From contig CM120644.1 in assembly GCA_051362555.1 (NCBI GenBank), positions 15,646,534 through 15,710,533 of the forward strand: DNA of 64,000 nt, in the 5' to 3' direction. The notes below the pieces were generated by a model. It saw only the letters and a list, made by a program, of their open reading frames with translations, did no database searches and was not told where the DNA came from. This DNA comes from Lingula anatina. Lineage: Eukaryota > Animalia > Brachiopoda. Positions 12,094 to 26,200 of the stretch are shown here, in pieces. A program made the position numbers and the translations under genes. Positions within the stretch are counted from its first letter, which is position 1. Every line of letters begins with the position of its first letter.

Positions 12094-14448
12094 ATGGTCC
12101 GGAGCAGCTTGAATCTTCGCTTCGTTTTCCTCTTGACAATCTTCAGGACGCCATGGGCAGACGCCCAGATAACCGAGCAGATCTTCAATTTCACGGCGAA
12201 CTCTTACCTCCCACATTCCGTAATGAAGACGGTTGCAGCACGGAGTCCGTTGGAGTGCGTGACGCTCTGTAAAACCACCCCGGGATGCCTTTCTTGTAAT
12301 TTTTACGCCAGCAATACGTCAGGTATGGTGCAAAATTGTCTTTTCTTATTCTTCTTAATGCCCGTAACTGATTATCATAAGTACCACATGTGTTGATATC
12401 GGGACTGAAAAAAAAAAAAAGATCGAAGGTAGAAGAAACAAATTGCTGACCAAAAAATCTCTTTAAGCCGATTTGTTGTGATCTCTAACATACAAAATCT
12501 CATTATTTTATCTATAAAAATACTTATTTGTGATCATCCATTTATTCATTAGGCCTAATGAGTAGTTATCGGTTATTTAATTGTCTTTGCAAAGGTCTTA
12601 GCCCTCTGAGTGCTTTGATATTATTTTACTGTTATAGCCTCCTTAATCATAAGGAAAGTAGCTCAAAATTGAGAAACTTGACCCCAAAGACCGGATTTGA
12701 TATACAGTAAATTCTACTTGGGGTGTGCTAAACGTTGGTGATTAAAGAAACGTGTTCAAAATTCTATAAAAAATATTATTTATTGATATTGCTATAAACA
12801 GGCCTAACAAGATTTTTTAATCTTTTTACAGATAATTGCGATCTAAATTTCCGTTCCATGTCAAGCAGCATCAACTTGCAACTTCAAGTGATGGAAAACG
12901 CCACGTTCTATAGTGTTAGTAACATCGGTTTCAATTTATGCATAGTTAATGACTTGGGGGTGGGTGGGTTGGGGGGGGTTATCCCTGGGTAGGTCCAAAC
13001 TGGGATATACTTGACCGTCGCTGTAGATAATCAAACCCCAATGTCTATAGCTGCTATATTTTACGGTCATGATTTTTTAAGGGAATTGTTAGAGAAAAAC
13101 GATTAAATTAAAGAACAATACATCTTTTACACCCTTATTCAACAAGTATTTTCTAGTCCCAATTTAGTAATAACCGCATAGAAATAAACACATTTCGAAG
13201 AAGCTGCCATGGTTTGAAGGATATCAATTAGGAGGCCAGTGTGAAAAGTGTGACAGGAATGGTAGTCCTATGAATGGAAGTATGGGCACCGATATGATTA
13301 GTACAGGTTAGGGTTATCTTATGATCATGGTCTGCGCCCTGAATATCCCGCCGCGTAATTACTGGCAGCGCGAGCCAGTTACTTATAGTAACTTATAGTA
13401 ACTGGCTCGCGCTGCCAGTAATTACGCTGCGGGATATTCAGGGCACAGACTGTGATCATAAGACATACCGCGAATAGAAAATAGAATTTAGAAAATAGAC
13501 ATTGCATGTGAATGAAGCCTTAGTCGGAGTATTGGGTTTAGTATATGTCACCTGTGCAAAGTAATGGAGAACGGTTCCTAGAGGACTACTATTCCTGTTA
13601 CACCCGGAACGTCATTTTAGAGTATAACACAAAGTTGACACCCAATACGCAGCGAATTCACACTTCTATGCGATAGACTATAAAAAGTCTGAATTTCAGG
13701 GAAAACCACAAGAAAATATTTGAGGATAATTTCTGTCAGGTTTTGTTGCTTGCCCCACCGTATTCCCTAGTCCGCGGTAATTTCTGACGGCATTCTCCTC
13801 CAAAATTAATCATCCCTCAACCCTTGGTTAATTTCACGCTATCGCACGGGACTTTAAGTCATCTCGGCTGATTCCCATTATAAATGTGAATATAATCATC
13901 GTTATTTTAATAATGAAGTTCACCTTCTAAGTTTAGATATGCATACTTCAGTGCAAAAAAAAAAAAAAAAAAAAAAAAAGGAAAAAGAAAAGAAAATACC
14001 CGCCATCAATTTACTGTAGGCCAACTATAGCAGAAAAATCAATCGCTGTTACCTTTTTCTCCAAAATAATTGATCAGTTCTTACGAGTGATATTGACACG
14101 TTTTCAGGACAATTGATTTATTTACCGTTAAAGACTATAGAAATCGAAAAAGGAAGAGAGTCACTGCGAGTGATATTGACACGTTTTCAGGACAATTGAT
14201 TTATTTACTGTTAAAGACTATGGAAATCCAAAAAAGAAAGAAAGTCACTACCAGAATGACACATTTCGTGGGAATTTAACAGTTGATGAAAGTGGTGAAT
14301 GGTGAAAATTAAATAAAATATATTGCTTGCCAAAAATAATCCCGCACAATACATGCTCAGTGAATGTGTGAAAGTCGAGAAATCACTTCTGTCGGGTTTT
14401 GACAATGTTTCAATACATTGCAGCAAAATATTGTATAAAAAAAGTTCA

Positions 14449-14499
<51 letters not shown>

Positions 14500-17400
14500 T
14501 ATCAATGATTTAACAAAGACGCCTGAGAAAGGATTTTGTCATCTTAGGGGACATTTTTTAATGTGTCATCTCCCTAGAATAATGATGGAAAACCATATTA
14601 AAGACAGCAAAATCTCAAGAAGCTGTCTCACAGAGACTTAGGACACGTTTCCAATGAGAGAGTTTTGGCAAGGCCTTCCGTACGACGTATAACGTACGAC
14701 GTCATCACTTTGTGCGTGGTTTTTCTCAAGGACAAGTCATAAGTCATACGGCACTACGTATGATTTGGTGATTACACGTAGGTAAGAAACGTATCGAATT
14801 TAATAGATTTACGCTTATTTCTTTCAAGTTTAACATACTGCAGAGGAATATATAGGGTGTTAAGATTCCACTGAATCACTTTTAGACGCTGTCGGTAGAA
14901 ATGCTCTGTGAAAACAGCTGGAAAAACAGCCAGTCAATCAGTCGTCCGTAGTAGTATCAAATTCAATTTAAGTTGATTTTTTTTTCATAAACAACAGGAT
15001 CTGCGGCATCAATTGACGTAAATAATACATTCCATTCAACATCTTCCATTATTCATCTATCTAAAAAGAATCCACAAGCAGCCCCATGTTCGTGTAATCC
15101 ATATATATAGGCCTATAAAAAACCGCATACGGAGTGAGACCTGCCAAACCCACTGCTAGCTTTCTCGCGTACGTAAAACGTATTACGTATTGAACTATAC
15201 GTTACACGTCATACGGAAAGCCTTGCCAAAACTCTCTACTAACGCACTCCGTAGATCCAACTCCGCCGGGACTCTCGCTGAATGCAATCAGATTGACTCC
15301 TCTAGCAGTTAAGTTGTGAATAACTTTCTTGTGCGTTCCATCGCACCCAAAACGAAGTGACAAATCTTCAGAGGCCGAGCGCACACGGCAGTTAGTCACC
15401 CTGTAACTGTTCGCAGAGGCTTGCAATTGATTTAATCTGCAGATTGCATGCAGCGAGAGTCCCCGTGGTATGGATCGACCCCGTAAAATGATAGATTTAT
15501 TAGGATGACGCCCTTGTTTAGTCATTGTCAAGGCCAGACCGTTGGTCGATACATACTTAGTTGATCCGTAAATAATCTCTCTTACAGTGACCCTAATATT
15601 ATTTGATTTTTGAAGTTGCATAGTCTGTGCCCCCCCCCCCCCCCCCGGATTGTTTTTTTAACATACATTATCGGCGAAAAAATATTGGACTCATGTTTAT
15701 TGATCAAAGGCCGTATATGTTGTTTAATAATCGACCAGCTTCTTTTTTTTCAATTCATTCAGTGTTTGATCGCTTGAAAAGACGTGCTTTTGCAAGATTA
15801 AAAAAGTGTCTGTTCGATAAATTCACTACCTAATTGTAACATTATGATCACGTTTAGACAAAGTTCCGAATTCTCTATCGAATTCTACCGCAACTCTCAT
15901 TATTATTATTATTATTATTATAAACTTTTAAATGTGACCACAAGGTTATTCGCACGTAAACTCTTTCTAACAAGCGGAATTCTTAACTGGATAGAACATG
16001 TCCGAAAATGAAATTATGCGTCAGGGTGATGTTATGTTTTGTACTGTTCTCCATAAATTGGCTTCCTGATTTCTAGTTGATTTATCAGCCGTGTATAGCG
16101 CAGGTCCCCGTCAAAGTGCCTCAGCTATGTAATAGCTAGGCTATTAAAGCGCATTCAGATCAGCGGATCATATATGGGGACCCACTTAAGAAATTCGCCG
16201 TTTAATTCCCGATTGGACACTGAACAGATTCCCCGTGGGGATTAAGCACCAAACATTCAAGTGAGTCGGCCATATTTGGTTTTTGGATCTGTTAGAGTGT
16301 ATTCAGAACAGATGATCTACGAACTCACTGATTGACGGACCACATATGGCGGACCCCACTAATATACAAGCCACCCTATGACTCCGTTGGTCTTCCCGCC
16401 CCCACACGCATCATCGAACGGATTAAATCTCGTCTCCGAGTTTTAATTGCTAAGTCTTACAGTGACGGTGCGTGTGCAGGCGGAGGGGGGGGGGGGGAGG
16501 GGGACCATCAAGGGATTAGCGGTATAACTTTTACGTGAGTCGGCCATATTTAGTCTGCGGATCTGTTAGTCTTCGGATCAAATTGTTCTGAATGCGCTCT
16601 TAAATTGTCTGTCCCTCGAAGACTGGTCCAGTTGAGTAGTCCGTATGATGTGAAAAGGGCCTTCTTCGATTGTTCCTAGCTTCTTCCTTGAAAGATAAAG
16701 ATATTTCATAATATATTCTCCCAGGGGGAAGTAAATTATATGCTATGTTTTTTTATTTTATTACAGATATATAATCCTCGTGACTGTAACGATGTAGGTA
16801 AGTGCGTTTTATCATATTGTTTTGGACCTATAATGATTTATTTGTGAATGAAAAGTAATTGATGCATGTATAAAAAGTTAATGAGCTGTAGAAATATCAA
16901 GCTTGCTTTTATTTCCATGTTAATATCCATATTTCTTTAATTTGAGGTTCTCACATTTTCTGCTCTTTAATGTGCCGAAATGAGAATATTCCAGTTAATT
17001 TAAGTAGGATTAGTGACAAGATGAAACTACAAGATGCACATAAATGAAGTAAACTGATAACTTAATACTTACATGTACAACCTGCATTTCTTGGTGAGAC
17101 CAAAAATTTCTAAACGAAATGTAACTCGTTTATTTAAAGATGGATTGATCATGGAACAATTTATCTTTTAAAAAATAATTCCTTTGTGTTGTGCTTTATT
17201 GCCATAGTTGTGGTGCATTTGCTCTTACAAATCATTTTGTACATGCATTTTTATTTCTTAATTTATCAGAAGTCAATGGGCTGTTCACCGTGGATATCGC
17301 GGGATTTGGCGAGAAAGTCGTATACTGTGATAATGGCTGGGTCGTTGTTATGAGGAGGTACGACAACTCGTTTGATTTTCACCGAAACTGGGCCTCGTAC

Positions 17401-18365
17401 AGGGACGGCTTTGGTGACCCAAATTACCAGTTTTGGCTGGGAAACGATGCTCTCCACGCATTGACCAATCAAGGAGATTACTCCATGCAGATTGACATGA
17501 AATCCTGCAATGGCAATTATTACTTCGTCAAGTGGAGTTTGTTCCGCATTAACAACGAGGCTGCAAATTACGTCATAACCGACATTATCGTTGACTCCTA
17601 CAACACTTCGACGAATTACCGTTTGGCTGAGGTTCTAGGTTGGAGATTTGGAACGACTGATAATCCAGTGGCCTCTTGTCCTCAAAATCACGGTACGTTT
17701 TACGTTTACCTAGGAACGGATTCATCAACTATTGGTAATTACTATTAAACGTGAATGTGCCCTTACCCCAGAAAAATTCATTTTTGGTTAAAATAAACAG
17801 TTGTTATCCCTTAAAATCCCCTTTTTGTGTTTTTTTAAATAGCGTGCTACGCAGTCCTATTTTGAGTCACAAAATACCGCAGTTTCACACTCTTTCTAAC
17901 ATGATGAACTATTTTTCGAAATGAGATCGCACAACCCACTAGATAGGTGGTCAAGGAATAACAACGTCAGCTTTTTCTCTGCGGGAAAGAGGCAAGAAAG
18001 CACTTTTAAAACCCCCTCATTTCCAGAGAATAAGGCAACAGCAGACGTGTCCGTGGGCCTAGGTGTACTCATAATTTTGATCGATTTGACCGAAGTTTGG
18101 GAGGAAATTAGAGGTTGTTATCGCACAAAATATCACCAGTTGAGCCTAAAAATATAACTCCTGAACGTCCCCTTAAATCCGCTCTCTTGTCATTGCAGGC
18201 GGCGGATGGTGGTTCGAGGGTTGCACTCGCTGGCAGTTGACCGGATACTATCCGGTGGGATGCTCTGGGACACCTGGGATGAAGATGGCCGCTATAACCG
18301 GAAACAACTGCGACAACGGGTGCATAATTCAATCTGGTACCATGAAGATCAGGCGAAACACTTAG
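12094..18365 (+). CDS. Secreted PAN/Apple + FReD protein, copy B
   Basis: Exons 12094-12322 (signal-like MVRSSLNLRFVFLLTIF...DAQ, then the PAN Cys pattern CxxxCxxxxxCxSxNF), 12832-12914, 16767-16797 (PRDC mini-exon), 17270-17692 and 18199-18365. The spliced frame is open with GT-AG sites. Confidence 0.9.
13248..13603. mobile_element. MITE with TIRs, containing a nested 147-bp palindrome (13317-13463)
   Basis: GTGTGACAGGAATGGTAGTCCT and AGGACTACTATTCCTGTTACAC ends; inner arms of about 65 bp are near-perfectly complementary. Confidence 0.8.
14084..14250. repeat. Direct tandem duplication of about 83 bp
   Basis: CGAGTGATATTGACACGTTTTCAGGACAATTGATTTATTTAC at 14084 and 14167. Confidence 0.85.
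14657..15237. mobile_element. MITE with TIRs of about 38 bp
   Basis: AGAGAGTTTTGGCAAGGCCTTCCGTACGACGTATAACGT and ACGTTACACGTCATACGGAAAGCCTTGCCAAAACTCTCT. Confidence 0.8.
15268..15463. repeat. Inverted repeat / small MITE-like element
   Basis: GGGACTCTCGCTGAATGCAATC and GATTGCATGCAGCGAGAGTCCC. Confidence 0.65.
16148..16598. mobile_element. MITE-like element(s), related to 27536-27710
   Basis: AGCGCATTCAGA and TCTGAATGCGCT ends; internal GTCGGCCATATTT and GACACTGAA..ATTCCCCGTGGGGA are shared in reverse orientation with 27536-27710. Confidence 0.6.
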
Positions 18366-21300
18366 ATATAAAAAAAATCAAAATCAAAATGCAATTTAGT
18401 GTTGTTTCCACATATAATAAGTACTTGTTGAGAATTCATTTGTGTCCAATGCTGTGAGTGTGTTTCCAGTTTATATCACGTGCAATAGGATACTAATCAT
18501 TCATTTTAGAGAAAAAATAATTTTGACTCTTTAGTTCACGCATGTCATTATTTCAAAGAATCAAATACGTTTTATTTTCAATTTTTCACAGTGCTGGTGT
18601 CATACTTCCGCTACATAAATTAAAATTGCCTGTACAGTTGAGTCACATAGATAAAAATGCATCTGTATGGTTAAATTATCCAAAACGTTTTCGATGACGC
18701 AAAATAAGAGTTAAATTATTTAGCCGATTTTAATGACAAATGTTCTTGGGTTTTTCTTTGAACAAATTTGGTTGACATGAGAAAACCAAGGAATTTCAAA
18801 TTGGGTCAACTACAATATTTTTCCCGTAAGACCATTTGTGAAATGTTTAGTCGAACGTATATGATTCGGAACGACATTATTTTAATCATGTCTGACATTA
18901 ATTTAAGGTCAGTTCCGGTACAGAAGTCAGATAATGAAATTTTTAGATTAGAAGAAGTGTATTTTATTATTGTGTCAATGGTATACCCCGGCCAAATGGA
19001 CCTTCTTGCCACCATAAGGTGTCATGTTTCTCATAGCCTACATGCATCAGCGCCAACAATTTATGATCAAATGAAAATGATAAGTACAGATAAGCAATCA
19101 ATTGAATAGATAGTGATAAGTACGTTATTGATTTGTTTCTCTTTGCAGTTGGAAGGTACCTTGTTTGACGACGTCCCAAAGTCATATTTTCTGTCTACAC
19201 ATCCTGCAAATATTCTTACCGTTCCCACTCCATACCTAAAAAAAGATTAAATCCCTCAAATAAAAGTACCTGAAGCTGATGTCGATGCTTTGTTTTGAAA
19301 TACACCATTGGTCAAAAAGGTTGTCCCACCTCCAATTCCATGTGATTTTCTATACAAATGATCCCTAGCCTACCTGCGTGCAGGAAATACTTACAGGACG
19401 CAGTAGACACACACTCTAGTAGATGCGAGCACATCCTAATTTTAGATTTGAGGGGTTACATGTTATAAATGTGAATAAATAATGTATGACCCGATTTCTT
19501 CGCCGCAACTTTATATTTTCTGTGCCATTGTATTTTCTGTACATTGTTTATGTAACAATTTACACCTGCAAGTAGTTCATTGGTAAATGAAGCACGTGAA
19601 CCGGGGGTTAGACAACTTTTTTTGACTATACAGAACGGAATAGCGGTCTATATGGCTATCTAGTCTTTCAAAACTAAATTACAGAAATAGACATGGTACA
19701 TGTACATTGTATAAAACAACGAATCCAAGTACAGCGGGTGGGCGGAACAATGGTTTGTTTACAGGAGAATTTTGTTATTGATGAGAATTCTTGTGGGGAA
19801 AAAAACCTGGATAGGATATCTGTAACTGGATAGGATATCTGTATCTGCAATAGTTGTCGCCTCGCGGGTGAGCAATGTATTGATTCCCGTGCTACAGATT
19901 GGATAACACCGTGGCTCAACGGTGGTGATGTGGGGAAAAGTGTAAGCGAGGTAACGCAAAATATGGGTTTTAACGGTGAATTGAGGTATAAATAAAAAAA
20001 AAACATTTTTTAAAAATTTTAACTCAGTTAAGTGATTAATTCGTGTTTCGATAAATTAATTTAAATTAAAATGAAATCACTTATTAGGGATGGGGTATGG
20101 AATATGAACAGAAGTGAAGTAAATGTATATTTTAATGACACCCAAACCTCTCCTTACACCACCATTTGTGACTGTATATCAAACAGTTCGTAAGCAGATT
20201 CATTTTAATGCGGACGGGAGCACAGGCGCTGCCTTAGAGCCGTTGTGTGTCGTGGAGCGCCGAAAGATTGCGATTGTCGCACCTACCACACCGTGCTGCA
20301 AATCGTATTCTTTCGTCTTTTTCCGTCGCACACTTGGACAATGCTCGCTCGATCTATCAAGATAGCAATGATTGAGGTATTGATGTAACAAACAACTAAT
20401 TTCCGTTCTTTCCACTTTTTGTTTAGGATACACCTATTGGCAAGATTGATTACCGGTGTCTGGCTGATTTGGCCCTTTTGTAGTTTATTTACTTATTCTT
20501 TTATCATTTTACGCCACCTTTTCTGCATTCATACAAGCATCGATTTTTTTTGTTGGTATTAATTAAGCGCTAGAAACCAAACGGCATTTGTGTTTGTGCA
20601 CGTTCGCGATATTGTTTTTCGCGGGAAAAGGTGGGAGATGAGTTTTTTTATTATAACTATAAGGACAGTGCTATACATGCTCGTTACAACAAATCAAAAT
20701 GTTTATATATATCTACAGTTTTCTAATACGTAGCGTTTAACTATTGCTGGATTTTACTCAGAGCCAAATCAATGTGTGTTGGAGATTTTTATAGCAAGGA
20801 GAAAAATCTTTCATGGAAACAATTTCCCTTGCTTAGAAATGTTGAGAAAATTGCTAACTCAGATTCTAATTTGAATGAGATTTGGCTGTCTCTTTTTCTA
20901 TAGAGAGATTGACTCCAAAACAAAAAAGTTACTACTCAAATATTGGTTTCTACATTTAAATTGCTATATTCTAACGGGTTTGGATGACCAAGGGGAATGT
21001 TTGACCATTATCAGGAAACTGAATGATTTGTTTTATAAGGGTTTTATTCTCATTGTCTTTATTTAAGCTTTAATAACATAGTTCGGTCCAACAGCATTAA
21101 ACTGAAATTCCCAAGGCCACATTTTCGTACTTTGTACAATGTAGGCCAACGGCTGCATTTTCAAGGTCAAACAGGAGTCTGATTATACAGGGTTCGGGCA
21201 AGCAACGTGAGTCGATATTTTCTGTCAACTTTTTGTTCCAGAAACTTGAGCGCTGAATTGAATTCCGGTCTAACACTGCACGGATGCTTGTGACTGATGA

Positions 21301-21776
21301 AGCGCTAGTAAAAACATTGTTGTCAATATTGATCAAGCCGCGTGGATAAATGAAATAGTGGAACACGGAAGGTAAAAAAATCAATCGCCACTGAAACTGT
21401 CTCAACCGAATAATGTGCGCGAATCGATTCCTTCTTTGCCGTTAAATGTGTATCCTTTGGTCCCATAAACAAAGTTGGAATAGTGTCGAGCTTCCTTTTT
21501 TGACACGTTCGCTTAAAGAAACAGTGCAAATACTTCGGTCTTAGGTCTTCATATGTTTGTCCAAACGGCATTGAATATGCACAAGTACGCATAAACCCCA
21601 AAAGTACTAACTTTTGACAAAAGAAGACACAAGGTAGAACTAATAGTACCGTAAGGAACTGTTAATTTGACTCAAGCCCACCGAATATTAGTGGCGTGCC
21701 CGCGTTGTCACTTTAAAGGGAGGTCATATAAGAGGAAAGCGGAACTCACAGTCAATACGCTAAGCTGGTTAAGAAA

Positions 21777-22501
21777 ATGGTCCGGAGCAGCTTGAAACTT
21801 CGCTTCGTTTTCCTCTTGATATTAGCACCGACAATCTTCAGGACGCCATGGATAGACGCCCAGATAACTGAACAGCTCTTCAATACCACGGCGAACGCTT
21901 ACCTCCCACATTCTGTAATGAAGACGGTCCCAGCACGGAGTCCGTTGGAGTGTGTTACGCTCTGTAAAACCACCCCGGGATGCCTTTCTTGCAATTTCTA
22001 CGCCAGCAATACGTCAGGTAAGGTATTATGCCTATTCTTACTGTTCTTAATGCCCGTATCTGACTTTCATAAAGCAAGAAAAATGAAAAAAAATGAGATG
22101 ATAGACAAAGTATACCATCCATCATAAATGTATATTTATACAGTGTGTCCAGATGCATGGGATTTCAAGAGTGTAAGTTTTTTAACCTCCAGAACTCACG
22201 TCCTGTAAACATAGATTGTGGTAGCACCAAAGTACGAAACAGTTTTGAATAATCAGCTTTTTAACTTTTTAATCTAATTGTTTTCAAAAAAGATTTTGCA
22301 CCTATTTCTATTTATAACAATAAAATAATTCTTTTCATTTTTTTTTCAATGCAGGAATTTAAGGTGCAAAATATTGGAGAATTAGGACTTTCAAACTATT
22401 TTTAATTGTATTTTGAAATTATTTAAACCTTGATGATACTATGCGTGCATAATCCTTTTACTTTATTTCAAGAGCAAAGCAAAAAAAAAAAAAAATAATA
22501 A

Positions 22502-22532
<31 letters not shown>

Positions 22533-23160
22533 CAAATCTGGTAAAACGTTAGTATGATATGCAAGTTTTTACAGCATTCCAGTTTGCATCTTGGTTTTGA
22601 TATTTTAACATTACTAATGCACTGATAGTACTGGTAATATGTTGGGAAAAGGTAATGTCAATCATTCAAAATAGCAATAATTAATATTATATGATCCATA
22701 ACGGGCAATCTATGTTAACAATTTGGTATTTTTCACATCTGCAAGCATGAATATCGTCTTCTGACGTACTTATTATCTGCTTCTTTTACAGTTTGTAAAT
22801 TGATATTGTCGTTTTAAATATAATCCATGTTCTTCAAGGACTTGCCTGTTGTTCTATTATTACACATGGGATAGGGAAACCCTATTCTTTTGTAATTTCT
22901 AACTTAAGATTTCACACTAAGCCCATGTGTCATTCAAGTATAGAGTACACATTAAATCTAACTCAACATTTTAATTTTGAAATCCCTTCTCGAATGTTTA
23001 GACATATTACCTTGCTATCAAGTGAGCGCGAACAAATACATGGATTACCATGTAGAATCCTAGTCAGCAAACCATATTGAACCGTAATAATAAATGAACC
23101 CAAATACCAACTGATGGTAAATTTATTAACTGTTTATAGTTTGGTAAATTTCCAGGAATA

Positions 23161-23206
<46 letters not shown>

Positions 23207-26200
23207 GTAAATTTCATTGATATTAAAATACCAAACGCGCAATGCACGCCTTTAAAAGTACTGACTTCATTCAACAGGATGTTATTTTGATCTTTTTACA
23301 GATAACTGCGATCTTAATTTCCGGTCCACTTCAAGCAGCATCAACTTGCATCTTCAAGTGATGGAAAACTCCACGTTCTATAGTGTAAGTATAAATGAGT
23401 ACAATTACGTACAGTTATTGACTTGCGGCAGGGGGAGGGTCACCTGGTAACTAGGTTCAAACAGAGACTAGGGTTTAATTGGTCGATTCTATTAGTGAGC
23501 AAATCCAAATACAGGTCTTATAATCGGATTAGACGTTTACTAACACTATCTGCATATATTTAGCACTAACATCCATATTAACCAAATAACCCACAAATTA
23601 ACTAGAAATACCAGAGCGGAAAATGTTAGTTCTAGGTATAGCTTTCTTGGTGCTAAATAATTCTACAGTGTGTTGGTTAATTCGTTGGTTTTGTGGTTAA
23701 TGTGGGTGTTAGTTATGAAAGATCGGCGGGTAGTGTTAGTAAACGCCTAATCCGTTTATAAGGCCTGAAATATCAATAGTAGTAACTGTTTTGTTACATG
23801 ACCAAGAAATTATAAGGGGATTGTTCGATGAAAAAAGTATAAACTTAAAACACGTTGGTCCCAAAAATTAATGTGAAAATCACCATCGTTATTTTAATGA
23901 CGTGTGTATGTGCCGTTATACATGTATATCCCCTGTTAAGGTATGTATACAGCTGTACCATGAGTGTAAAAATATCTGCCAATCCTTTAATGCAGACCCG
24001 CTTTGGAGCATAAAATCCATCCCAATTACCTTTTTATCCAAAAAGATCAATCGATGCCCCCTTATATGTGACATTAACCTTTTATCAGGGCAATCGATTA
24101 TATTTTAACGCGTGTGACTATGTGCATGGACATACAACAAAACATGCACCAAAAATATCAAGCTCTATTAATTCATTTTATTATATTTTTTAGGACGACA
24201 CTCGTGAGATTTGAACGGCTGATAAAATCAATGAATGATAAAAAATACAGTGGCTCAAACTGACGGAAAGACTCCCAAACAACAACGACCAATAAAACAT
24301 GGGTTTCTTTACCTTTATGAACATTTCCGATGGGAGTTCTACAGGAATCCTTGAGGGATTCTAGATTCAGACGTCCTATAGGGTTTCTATTTAGGACACC
24401 ACTGGATGTCCTATAAGACCCTATAGCATGTTGGCCAATTTCCTATAGACTCCTATAGGACCCTATACGACGTCCTATAAGACACTATAGGATGTTGGCC
24501 AATTTCCTGTAGACTCCTATAGGACCCTATACGACGTCCTATAAGGCACTATAGGATGTTGGCCAATTTCCTATAGACTCCTATAAGACCCTATAAGACG
24601 TCCTATAAGACACTATAGGATGTTGGCCAATTTCCTGTAGACTCCTATAGGACCCTATACGACGTCCTATAAGACACTATAGGATGTTGGCCAATTTCCT
24701 GTAGACTCCTATAGGACCCTATACGACGTCCTATAAGACACTATAGGATGTTGGCCAATTTCCTGTAGACTCTTATAGGACCCTATACGACGTCCTATAA
24801 GGCACTATAGGATGTTGGCCAATTTCCTATAGACTCCTATAAGACCCTATAAGACGTCCTATAAGACACTATAGGATATTGGCCAATTTCCTATAGACTC
24901 CTATAAGACCCTATAAGACGTCCTATAAGACACTATAGGATGTTGGCCAATTTCCTGTAGACTCCTATAGGACCCTATAAGACGTCCTATAAGACACTAT
25001 AGGATGTTGGCCAATTTCCTGTAGGACATCCTATTCTGGTGGGGCCCTGTTGGAAGCTTATGGGTGATTGTCAAGGCCATTTTGCTGCTCGCTGCATTCT
25101 TTGTTAAATACGTAAATAATCTGTTCAGTAGTGCAATTGGTATTTTTTTTTCCTGCGGGTTGTTTTTATTAAAATCTATTATTGGTGGCAAGCCATTGAA
25201 TTCACATCTGTTGATCAACGTCGACGGATAGCATATGTTAGTTTATAATTAAAATCGATCCTATTCTATTCAATCATTCCGGATTTGACCGTACGGAAAG
25301 GGTGGGGTCTATCATCAACATCATCATCATCATCATCATTATCATCATCATTATTATTATTATTATTATTATTATTACGAATGCGTTTTAATGATCAAAA
25401 TTAATGGAACTTGCATGTAAACTTGATGCCTTATACATTGAGAACTATATTAAATCAATCGATCCACTTTGAGAGGTCCGAAAATGTGCTCCAAGGGAAG
25501 GGGTCTCACTGCTAGTTTTCCACAAGTTTGCTTTGTCTCGTCTAAGATCTAACATATATATATATATGAAAAATTATATTGGCCGTGTTGGGCGCGGGGG
25601 CTACGTTTAGGTGATTCGTAGATATTATAGCCAAGGTTTTTACTTGTCAGTCTTTGGAAGCTAAGATCTAATAAACGGATATTAGAACTAAGCTGGAAGT
25701 TGACGGGTCCAGTTGAGTAGGCCGTCTGTAATGGGTCTTACATCGATTGGTCTCCACTACTTCCTTCTATAATAAAGATATTTTAAGAGTTATTGTCTTC
25801 GGGGAAAGGAACAAATTATATGTAAACATTTTCTTTATTCTATTGCAGTTATATGACCCTCGTGACTGCAATGATATAGGTAAGTGCGTTTCATTATATT
25901 GTTTTGGATCTAATGGCTTTATTTGTGAAATAAATAATACAATAATTATGAAGAGATTAAACAAACCAGCGGCAAACATACTTAAAGAACACCGTCACTT
26001 TTTTTTTTTTTTTTTTTGAGGTGTGGGGGCTCTTTAATTATGTTCTTCGCCGTTTCACTCGCTTATTTGCAGAAATGAAATTGTTCAAATTTTTGTTTTT
26101 TTTTGTTTAGACACAAAACGAAAAGATGGCCTTGCAAGTTGCTTTCGTTTGTCGCCATAATTGTATAAATACATATGAAATGCGTTTCTTGGTGAGACCA

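Noticed and set aside
15202-15621. 139-aa minus-strand ORF
   Set aside because: Spans MITE and inverted-repeat sequence inside an intron; no motifs.
24400-25030. CRISPR array
   Set aside because: Units repeat in full with no unique spacers, there are no cas genes, and it lies in a eukaryotic intron.
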